From the NCBI GenBank assembly GCA_002104905.1, contig MCFE01000124.1, positions 62,001-126,000 on the forward strand: a DNA stretch of 64,000 nucleotides, in the 5' to 3' direction. This DNA comes from Basidiobolus meristosporus CBS 931.73 (lineage: Eukaryota > Fungi > Basidiobolomycota). The notes beneath the pieces are model-generated. The model searched no databases. It was not told where the DNA came from and saw only the letters and a list, made by a program, of their open reading frames with translations. A program made the position numbers and the translations under genes. Below, piece by piece: positions 50,310 to 61,100 of this stretch (the stretch's first letter is position 1; every line of letters begins with the position of its first letter).

Positions 50310-51929
50310 TTCAAGTAAGCACTGTAAACCAACTACGGAGATGAAAAGATATGGAAGAGGCGAAAAAGCTTGGCGCTTGAGGTTGGTGGTGGATGGGCGT
50401 AGCTTATATATCTTGCAGGGCGATTCACGAGATCAGATCGTGGTCCTAATTTGGCCATTTTGTTTCCGTCATAGAGTCCAAAATAGATGATACAATTAAA
50501 GCTGTGCAGGGATGCTAGAAGCCATTAGACATACAAAGCAGGTATCACCTCATATAGATACGGACTTAAAACAGCGCGAAAGTGCAAATAAACCTTCTTG
50601 GAATAGTCTCTGAAAGGGAAGCTTACCAAGCATGCAGTGCTATCGCTCATCCATCCCGAAGCCTATTCCTCCTCATACACGAAGACTGAGATATATGGCA
50701 CATGCCTCCAACTCAATTTGGGAATGGTATAAGCTTCGTCTTGATCATCATGCTACTCGTAATTCCCAAATCTACCAGCCCACTACTTGGGCTTATTCCA
50801 TGTAGGTTTTCATAACTAGTTTCGAAATAAGACGAGTTCCCATCCACGAAATATATGTCTAATGATGTAATCAACTGAGGTCGGAGATCTCGCTACCCAA
50901 AGCTTACTGCAAATTGGGGAAGCCTGATTGGTGGATTTTGGGTCGCATAAGGGTTGCATCAGGTTCCTTAAGGAAATAAGATATTTTGCTCAACACGGTC
51001 CAATTACACCATCAGAGTAACGTTTTATTTATATCCGACAGCGCTAGCGATCAAGATTTCAATTGAACACTCCGATGAAATTGTGGAGGATCGCTAAAAC
51101 CTTGGGAAAAGCTGCATTGAAGCTAACAATTAATGTAACATTAAACTTCCGTTAACATAAATATATACTGGTAAGCCCAAGTCAATGTCATCACTGCTTT
51201 GTTAATCCTAGTATCCCGCTAAATATATGTATCAGTACGCTGCTTCTGCTACCAGCTATTTAATTATAGGTATGACGTCTGGTAATACTCAGAGCAAAAA
51301 TGACGTTGGTCTCTTTATTTATTAAATGTTGCTACACTGTATTCCAAAGGTTAGGGATCGATTCAATGTTTCTGCCTCATTAAGTGTGTGGTATTGGATC
51401 TATCGTGGTAAATTACACCCCATACCATTATTGACGAGAGGGTATTTACCGCTACCATCACAGTTACCATCGTTTCGATGATCATGGAAATATCTTGATT
51501 AATTGGAGTTAGGGTTGCTGGCAATTTATGCTGAAAAGGACTAATTAACCAAGTGCACAAAATATCCACTCCTATGCGAAACAACGGAGGCTTCCGGAAA
51601 TCGAAGTGGTTTCGTAAAAATTTGCACACCGCAGTTTTGAGTAAGCAGAAGCACTCGCCCCATCAAACGCCAACATATTTTGTAGAGGTTTTTCCAATCA
51701 TGCGTAAGAACGTGCTTTGGAAATTTTTGAAAAAAAGTTTTGGGCCTTTTTTATTGCTTCAGTATTTCCACATTTCTGAAGAAATGATAATCAGGCATTA
51801 CATTGAACCAAATCAATAGTCATGATGTTGACAAACTTAGAGGCCATAATCACAACAATGGAATATGTGGAATATAATGTTAAGTATCATATAAACACAT
51901 GAGATAGCTACATCTAGAATATACAGAAT

Positions 51930-51988
51930 GGTAAATAATAGCTCAGTGGCTCAGAAAGGAGGCCCTGGGTTTGATTCCCAGTCAGACC
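51930..51988 (+). pseudogene. tRNA-derived relic (A- and B-box present, anticodon arm missing)
   Basis: TAGCTCAGTGG ... GAGGCCCTGGGTTTGATTCCCAG: T-arm stem CTGGG/CCCAG with a TTTGATT loop; too short for a full cloverleaf. Confidence 0.45.
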
Positions 51989-53179
51989 GAAACGTCCCTG
52001 CCAAAATAGATGTATATGTGAGCGAGGGCTCAATAATATACAAGGTCTTTGGAAATACATTCGAGGTAAGCTATAAAGATTCTCATCAAGTGAACGAGCA
52101 GAACCCGCTTTGAAACCCTTGCGCTTATCTGCGAAATACTCTTTGAAATTGACTAGGTGTGCTTGGTCATGAAAAATGTGACATGCAGCCAACTATTGAT
52201 GAATAATACTCAATACGAGAAATTGTCAATAGCTATAGGCCAAAGTTTTTTTACATTTTTCGTCATAAGATACTTCGGACTTGAACTATTGTAGGTACTT
52301 GCAAATATTATGCAGGTCCAGATCAGGCACGGTTTGTCTTATTTAGTTTCACTTTTAGTAACTCTCTTTCGGTCAATGATGCTTACATCCAATGTTCAAA
52401 AATCCAATATATCGACCTGGACTCTTTATTGCTTGCTAAAACTTGATGTATATCCCTAGCATGCCATTCAAAGGGTTCAAGTCAGCCCAGGGTCATTACA
52501 CTGATACTCACTACATGAGCTGTGTTCCTAAATTAATTATCACATGGTACAGTACACATTACTCTGCACCGGAGATCATCAGGATATATCCGATCATTTA
52601 CTTGACATAGGAATCTGAGCTGCGCATGGTGTCTCTAGTCCTATTTAGGACTCTACGAAGTTCCATTGACGACGGTTTTCCCACCCACCGAAAACATTCC
52701 CTATGAAAAAAATTAACAAAAGGCCAGCATAATATCAGTATAATATCAGCACAGTTCCAGAGTTTCCCTAAACTTACAACTTTCAATATTTCAGGTTCCA
52801 GCCATTTTGCAGACAAGTAGATATACTTTCTAGGAGGAGGCTAGGCTGAATAATCTTCATATCAAATTTGGTGATAAACTGCTCACTGCTTCCGCAAGAA
52901 TCGACAGCTAAAAAATTGACGGAAAAACACCGGCTGAATACCAACAAAATATCATATGAAATCCAAGTATGAGATTTCTCACAGGGATTCTGATTCAAAT
53001 GGTCCGTCCTCCCCCCCCCAAAAAAAAAGGTGCAGAGCCACGAAATCTAAGATGGTTTCTTAATCAAGCTGACTGGGATGCGAAGAAATTTTAATCGGGT
53101 TAGGGTGATATTTTATTAGGGCTTGTACGATAAGAAAATATGCCAAGCCAATTCCATCTAGCATGAAAGAACTGAACGA

Positions 53180-53689
53180 TTAGAAGACCATACTCATGGC
53201 AACAGCTAGAGCACCAGAGACCAGTCCCAATGGCACTACGGCGTAGACTCCATTAGAAGTCTTTCCAGTCGCGGTTGGAGTGGTTGCAGAGCCAGTACCT
53301 GATGGAGTTGCGGAACTACCGCCCGTGGAAGTGGAGGTGCCGGCAGATGGTGTTTTCGAAGCACTGCCTCGAGTGGATGGGGCAATAGTAACGGAGTAGC
53401 CTTTGTCCTTGCAGGTTTGGATATAAGGGGCATTATCAGTTATAGCTGGATTCACAGCGCAACTAAGACAATCGAAGTTGCCAAGGAAGATATCGGTACA
53501 AATACAATCCCGGAAAGCAATTATGCCAGTAGCATTACTAGTACCCATGTTGGCAATCTTCGTCTCACAACCTGCTGGAATGATTTTATAGCAGCTTGTG
53601 CAATAAGCGGGGCTCTGAGCTGAGCTAACGTTAACCAGAACGACAGCGCAGAAGATGGAAACAAGAGCAGAGAAACGAAGAGAAACCAT
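53180..53689 (-). CDS. Small secreted Cys-rich, Ser/Thr-rich, probably GPI-anchored cell-surface protein (169 aa)
   Basis: Hydrophobic N-terminus (MVSLRFSALVSIFCAVVLVNVSSA), 8-Cys mature domain, S/T/G stalk, SNG omega-like site and hydrophobic tail. Confidence 0.88.
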   Translation of the reverse strand: MVSLRFSALVSIFCAVVLVNVSSAQSPAYCTSCYKIIPAGCETKIANMGTSNATGIIAFRDCICTDIFLGNFDCLSCAVNPAITDNAPYIQTCKDKGYSVTIAPSTRGSASKTPSAGTSTSTGGSSATPSGTGSATTPTATGKTSNGVYAVVPLGLVSGALAVAMSMVF

Positions 53690-54461
53690 TAGGGAATAAG
53701 ACAAAGAAGAAAGAGGTGTATACTTCAACTGATGGGAATGGTGACCTATATTTATTGATTTGGCCTACCTCTATGCCAATCATATTGCTGGGCTCCTATG
53801 ACTCTAAGCCATTTCTAAATAGAGATCTTTTGGGTACACATTGAGATTGGGCCTCTTTAGGCAATCCGTATAATTAAGTTTCTATGAGTTTGTACTCTGC
53901 GTTTCAGTTGTGATGGCTCAACTCCAAGACCATTGGTGGGCTATTATTACCCTCGACAATCAGTATTACATAACAGAATTTTCATGCTACATTGGGAGTG
54001 TACAAGCCTTCCAAATCGAATGGAAATATATGTCGAGTGTTACAATCCATGAATGGTGATTTGCAACCCAATAAGATATAGCTATGGGCAGTCCCATCAA
54101 GCCTCCATATATGGGCTTTGTGCAGTATAGTAAATTCCATCAGATCCTCTACTGAACGGAGGTATTGCCTACCGACTATGGACGCGGGGTGATCAAGGGT
54201 AAAAATAGGTGAATTCCGATGGGACTATGGTTGGGAATAATCACTATTGAGGCATCTTGCTTGGCACGATGTCTCCAGGTTACATCAATTCGATTTATTG
54301 GATATAATAAAAGAGGATGTCGTTTGCGGAATATGTATTTGAGGTATACAAATTTCATTTTATAGATATCAGAGGACGGGATCTCCTCGTGTATGGTGAG
54401 CGATGATTCTAGGCCGATTAGGCAGCACATCGCGCAGGCGTCGTTGGAGCGGATGCTCAAG

Positions 54462-55399
54462 CTAATAGCCATCCGCATAATTACCAACTGTGTCTTGGGC
54501 TTCTATTTGATCGTCAGGTATACCAGTGCGAAATCCTCGATGTGATGGCGGTGAAGAAAGATTGCTCAACACCGGATTGCGAGGCTCGGCATCGGGATAT
54601 TCGTCGATGACCTCCTGTTGATTTATGACATCATCGTCGTTGTTGACAAAGGCTGCGGTTTGGTTTAGATGTGAGCTGATTCATTCGAGTACCGATACGG
54701 TCAACATATTAAGTACCTTTGGAGTGTCCTAGCTCCCTTACCAAGCCGTTCGTTGTTAGCTCGATGGAGATGTTGTCCTCGGCGGCGGTGGACTCGGGGT
54801 TTGACGAGTGCAAAGTGATCTCGATCTCCTTGATCTTCGACCTTCCACCATCTGCACAAGCACAAGTCAGCTAAATATTGACACAGTGAGCATAGGATGC
54901 GCATACCAGTATTACTGCCCTTTCTCAAGACAATCTCTATGGAGTCTATACTTTCGGCGCCTTGTTTGCTTCCATGGATTTCCTCAGAACCTAACCGGTT
55001 TCGCTGGTTATGCAACTTGGTTAAGTCCACTTCTTTTTTTCGCTGAAAATCGATGCCGATCTCTGGTACTCTATTGTCAGTGTCATTGATGTGTGCGTCT
55101 TGGGATCCGCTGGATTCATCGTGCTTACTGGCGTTAAGATCCGAGCTCCAAGCCTCCTTGGAGTATTTCTGGTGGGAGCGGTGGTTGCCTTTAGGTTTTT
55201 CAGGGAGCTTATTTTTGGAGTTACATTTACTGTTCGTCTTTGAGTTTGGAGTGTATTCGCGGGGTCGCTCTGCTCTCTCCGTGTGGGTGATCTTATTTAC
55301 CTCATTCTGCGAGTCGTTAATAGTCCGAGCTATTATACCCGCTTGGGTGGAGGCTATGCTGGACCAAATATAAAGCAGACTTATTGTTGAAAGCTTCAT
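54462..55399 (-). CDS. Orphan secreted hydrophilic protein, 272 aa; exons 55399-54907, 54851-54717, 54652-54462
   Basis: Signal-peptide-like MKLSTISLLYIWSSIASTQAG; two GT-AG introns (55 and 64 bp) with CTGAC/CTCAC branch-like sites give one continuous frame ending in TAG. Confidence 0.75.
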
Positions 55400-56898
55400 A
55401 GTCACAAGCACAAGAAGGCCCGTACAAAAGTAAAAGGTCTTTTATGTGTAATGATGTGATAGGTGAGTGCAACAGGAATCGTATCTGATGGGAGACGATG
55501 CGAAGTGGTTGGCAAAATAGATAGGTGCGCAATGAAGAAGCTGAAAAGATCATAGGCAGGGTCGCTTTTATATCCACCCGCGCGTCAGGCTCGGGAAAAC
55601 GAAAGAGATACTCCTTATTTCCTGTGAGAGACTGAAACCTAGCTGTGTTGAGATGGTGAATGTTTTATCATATGGTAACGATGTTATTGCTTATTAGGCA
55701 CCACCATGTAGCCATTGTAAACCATGCACTCTGTTAGTAGAACAGGTCGGAGAGAGGAGGTGCGGGGTAGGCGAGCTGCTGCACCAAGCTCGAGGCGTCT
55801 AGTGATATGCATTGATTAAATAGACTAGTATGCTGCTCTAGGTATCTTTCAATCACAACATACATATGTTACTGAATGTACTAGCATGGGTAGCAAGCGA
55901 CCCTAGGATTCCACCAATACCAAGGCTCGAAAGGTGGGTGTAGTGTTGGCCATTGGCTATCAGTGATTTTTGATTAGTCGAACATCCGAGAGCAATTGAT
56001 AAACAGCCACACGGCAATCTTGAGCAATGGTGGATATCTATCTACGGCCATGGCCAACTACTCCTCTCCTAGTGGAGCCGCCGATGAAAGGCCCTACATC
56101 GAGTGCTGATCCTGATCGTACACTCAAGACTTTGGCCAATTGATATGGTCACGAATTCCCTATCTTTGGTGTGACATTATCTTTGTGAAGCGCTTCCCAT
56201 CGCTGCTTTGAAACGGATCATCCACTAATTAGGTTGCATGACTATGCTTTCACGATCACAAAAGGTAGTGCCAGCCTGAGAATTGATGGATGGCCTTGTG
56301 AAATCAAGCAAATAGGGTGAATCGATCAATACAAACTTGGTTACCCTGCAACGTGCTTTAGCAGTCCAAATGACGCTTCGCGAATATTGTTGACGGTCGA
56401 TGTTTTATATAGCAGCTTGGAGTCCTGGTGTATATTGAACCGCACTCTATTCAGCAGTATTGTTGCACGGCAGATCAGGAGCATCCATGCTTTCATTTGT
56501 TTAGTGATTTCCATTGAGTGAAATGAACCACTACACGTGGCTGCGAATGCCATCTAATATTAAGTTGCACACTTCCTAGCAAATCACTGTCGCCACAAAT
56601 CATTGCTAGGCGACCATCCAGGTTTGGGAATCAGTAGTCCATATATGGCGTTATTCAAGCGTTCGTCTGAGCATTTATTAGATGGTTAGGAATGGGCACA
56701 CGAGCTATCTGGGGTTTTTCTTCGTTCTGGTGTCACCCTTGCTGCAATTGCTCACAATATAATCTAGCATGCTGTGCTCTTGACAACTGGAGGAACTTTC
56801 TCGACTACCCCTCCTTCCCTTGAAAGGCTCACTTAATACCAATTGAGGTAGCATTTCCTTCAGCCTTGCTTATTTTTGCTACAGACGAACACTTTGTA

Positions 56899-57855
56899 AT
56901 GGAGAAGATGGTCAACATGGAGAAAGAGGCGTTTGATCACAATTTGAACACGATGGTTTCTTCCTTTGCGTTGCCAATAGCTGTGATCATTGTCTACCGT
57001 TCTGCTGTGATGGCGCTGAAGGAGAGTAGCATAATTTTCAAGCTTAATTTCATCCAGTCTTCAATGCTGCTTATCAACACGATCGTACAGTTGATCAACG
57101 TGTTTTATGACTCATCGAATTGCCGGTTCCCGTATTTCTTGTACTCCATTTTGAGCTACCTGAGTCTTCTTTGCATAGACACCATCCTATATCTCAAGGC
57201 ATACTACATCAACAAGTCATCCAAGATCATTGCGCTTATCTGTGTCCTGCTTCAACTGGCTCGGCTATTTTTCGTCGTGCAGAGTAATCGATTTGTAGAA
57301 TTCGTGCCTGGACTACTTACGCTATGCCAAGTCGACATGAACAGATGGGTGTTGGGAATAGTTGGGACGGAGGCATTGGTTATCGTCTTCCTGTGCACCT
57401 TGTACTTGATCAGAGTGTATAGGCAGAGCAAGCTGACCCCCAACGCCGTCTTCTCGACCATCATCCGCCAGGGATTTACTTTCCCCTTAGCCATCTGCTT
57501 TACTTTCATCATCCTAGCAGCCTTGCTGTTAGCCAACGTTGCCCATGCCAATACGGTTCAACTTCTCACTATCTGTTGTAAGTGGTCTTTATCAAGTAGT
57601 CTCGATTGGACTTGTGTTTTTGCTGACTATCCTTTCGCACCAGGGGTTCTCAATTCTTGGCTGATTACCAAACAGATGGATTTTGCCCACTCCATTCATC
57701 AGCAGGATCGCGCCGCTGCTGCAAAATTGATTCACAACAAGATCGCTCTCACCCAGGCCAGTCATCAACATGATGCCCTCTCGTTGGCAAGCGAGGATCA
57801 TCCGGTCAACTGGGATATCTACCTGGGAATTCCCAAAGACCAATCTACGCTATGA
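56899..57855 (+). CDS. Seven-transmembrane, GPCR-like membrane protein (~296 aa); intron 57578-57643
   Basis: About seven hydrophobic segments; Cys in putative ECL1 (SNCRF) and ECL2 (LCQV); GTAAGT..GCTGAC..CAG 66-bp intron. Start codon uncertain. Confidence 0.75.
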   Translation: MEKMVNMEKEAFDHNLNTMVSSFALPIAVIIVYRSAVMALKESSIIFKLNFIQSSMLLINTIVQLINVFYDSSNCRFPYFLYSILSYLSLLCIDTILYLKAYYINKSSKIIALICVLLQLARLFFVVQSNRFVEFVPGLLTLCQVDMNRWVLGIVGTEALVIVFLCTLYLIRVYRQSKLTPNAVFSTIIRQGFTFPLAICFTFIILAALLLANVAHANTVQLLTICCKWSLSSSLDWTCVFADYPFAPGVLNSWLITKQMDFAHSIHQQDRAAAAKLIHNKIALTQASHQHDALSLASEDHPVNWDIYLGIPKDQSTL

Positions 57856-58120
57856 TTCATAAGCAGACACACTATACATTTCAATCTCCCTAGAACATAA
57901 ACCTCACCATGTAAAACGCGTACAAGGAGTCAACTCACTAGTAGCTTTTAATGCGCATTCTTTGACCCCTTGTATTTATTTCTCGCCCAAATGAAGCACT
58001 TAATTAAATGTTTTGTACTATTACTTGGTTCACTGGCCTAGATTGAATTTCGATTGTGCTGCTTCTACAAGAAGGGTGAAGATCACGAAACGCGGCTTGG
58101 GCATACGTATGAGCAAAGCA

Positions 58121-61100
58121 TCAGTGACCTAACTTGCGCAAAAGCAGGTCTCTTTCTTCTGTGGAAAGGGAACCAAAGGTTTTGATAAACCCGTTAAGCA
58201 TGGCGGAGCGATCCGACCGGGATAGCTCTGATATGTGGTTGGCGATGAAGGATTCTCTCAGATCTTTGATATTCCTTGCAATCAGTTGGTGAGAATGCGT
58301 CAACCAGTGGACTACGACTTCATTGGAGCTCTCCCACTGCTCGTCGGTATTTTTGGTATCTTTGCAAAACCAGCTTTTGAGATGTTCTATGGAGGCCGTT
58401 CGTGATATCGAGGAGTCGACCGCAGCGATCTGCTTCAACCAGCGCTCTTCATGAATTCGTCGGAGTACCCGCCAATAGAAGAATCGTCGAGCAGTTTTCC
58501 ACTGCAGTATATCCCGAACTGCGCCTTTCGCCTTCATTCGACCTGGGGTGTCGTGCAGATCGGCGAAAAGAGTAGCGATTTGAGTGTATATCGGAAGTAG
58601 CTCTTTCTCTCGCTGCTCCAATTTGGCGACTATTTCTGCTTTCTCTTCGCTCTTGATATCGGGGCCGCGAAGTTGCTGAGTGAGGCTGCAGTATGTGTCA
58701 TCAAGTCGTTCCATGGCCGAAATCAGCTGTGGCTTGCGGTATTTGATCTCTACAATCCCTTCGGGTTCCAGGATTCCCGCTCTGCTTTCATCATCTGCGT
58801 ACATCTCCATCATATCCGGATTGATGGTGGGGTCTAGAACCACCCAGGCACCACCACGCAATTCACCATTTGGTATGATATAGATGAATGCTGGTTGCTT
58901 GTAGTTTGACAAGGAATCCACGATGTATGAGCCATACTTGAGAATCTCGTTGTACATGTCCCGTTGTCCTCCCGAAAACCCACGCCAGTTGGCGAAAATG
59001 ATCAGGGGCAGCTCCTCGCCATTGTTGAAGTCGTTGATTGCTTGTGCTGTTTTATAGGCAGAGTTTGGATACCAAACTCCGCCTGCCTCAACCAAAATCT
59101 GCTCTTCCGAGTTGGCATTGGCAGGGTCTGCCGGGGTTATGTGTTCGATGGTGCGCGTTTCTACCGCAATCACTCCTATAGGTATACCGCCAAGTCGTGC
59201 TCGCCCGGTAACAACGCTACGGGCCCACCCATTCAGCGTCTCCACGAACGATCCTTTATCAAAAAAGCCACCAATCCATTGATCACTGTCGTATTTCCCC
59301 TCAATGAAATGCCGTGGATCGGATGGCCCTTTAGGGGGGATATATGCTATTTCGCGGTCGACCGGGTCGGGTTTGGGGGTTATTGGGAGCATTTCGCCTC
59401 GCTTGGCAGGGATATACGAGAGCCATTGGAGAATCTTGGTAATCCCATCCAGATCATCAGTGGCGGTCAAGTGGGACACACCATTCTTATGCATCACCTG
59501 AGTGCCACCCAATTGCAGATTCGAGGAATAGACTTCCCGCCCCAGTACCTTGTTCAAGGCCGGTGCCCCAGTCAGGATAATGGGCTGCCCTTCATTCTGT
59601 ATCGTCCTCTGGCCTAGGCGGACCAAGTAGGCACCTATGCCCACAGAGCGGCAGCTGACTAGATTAATGGTAAATATGTCATGGTAGGCGCGGGAGGTCT
59701 CTCCAGCAATCAGGCCAGACCCACGAAGATTCTCCACCCCTATGCCGTCCTCCTCTCCAACTATATCGGTTATCTTGTATCTGACCTCACCCTCGTCGTA
59801 TATTTCATGCGCAATCACGACTGGTGTGGAGGTGGAGTTGATTTCTTTGTATTCATCGGGCGTTAGATAGAGGTATTTTATCCCCAAGCTATGCTCATCT
59901 TTGGACCAGGCAACACGGAACAAGGATTTGACTGATTCGGCTAAGCCGATGCGTGCGCCGGAGTTTGCGGAGATGTAAATTCGTGGAATCCCCAGTCGAC
60001 GTGCCAACTGAGATGCCTTGTAGAAAACCATGTCCTCCTTAACGCCGAAGGAGCCGGTGATATATGTGATGTCATTGGCGATGACGATGGCATTTCTTCC
60101 CTCGGGATATTCTGGTGTGAAGATCTCAAACATCCAGGCAACCATGCCGCAGCTGTTCATGCCGGGAGATCGATTTAGCTCGTGAATCTCACCTTGGTCA
60201 TCCACAACCAATTCCTTTGCATTCAATATTTCTCTTGGTGCCTTCAGCGCTGGATCCTGGATGGTGGCTTCGTTCCAGATCTGGCGAATGGATTGCGAGA
60301 ATAGTTCCGGGAAGTCGTAGACGTAAGTTGTACCCATCACATGGGCTTTGTAGCGTCGGGGTTGTAGCCATTCCTTTGTTTGGTACTTGGACGACACTGG
60401 CTGTAAATGCATTGACCCTGGCGACCCAAGCGACTTGTAGATCCATTCTCCAAGGGCATTCTTCTCCTCGGTGTACGTCTCCATCTTCAGTACAAAACCC
60501 GCAACGTTGGTAATGGTGAATCTCACTGGAATAGGGACATCAGACTTGCTGGTCTGAACATTAAACTTGATTTCTCCACTAGTGACTCTCTGTCTCCACA
60601 GCTGCTTTCCATGACGGTCAATAAATCCGGTAAGCGCATCTTCCACCTGCTCCGGCTCCAGTACAAACGTGGGGATGAAGTTGATGAAGATATGATTGCA
60701 GTCGGAGTTATGATGAGTGGAATTCAGGATCTCCAGAGCATTCAAGATATCCGTCAGTAGTCGATCGCTCTCAGAAACCAGATATTCTGCTGTCTGTATG
60801 TTGGAGCGAAGTCTACCGGGGCGAACAAGGACACGAACAAAGAATCGACAATCAGAGATGTTTTCTTTGGCAACCGCGTAATATATGTGCAGATATCGGT
60901 TTTCGCTGAAGCACGGGGTTACGTCGAAATTTGACAGTCTGGTCAATTCTAGCTGATAAGCCAATGCAGGGTCGATGTGACGAATAGTTTTATCCTCCTC
61001 GAAATTGTTGTTCTCTCTGAAATTGAAGAAGGCGGGGATTTGCCCTTGACGGCACAGCAAAAATGTAACTCGTCGAATCCCGCGTTGACGTAAGGACTCA

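Noticed and set aside
51363-51629. SIMVWG resembling a Tc1/mariner transposase motif
   Set aside because: Only six residues match; no flanking DDE motifs or TIRs.
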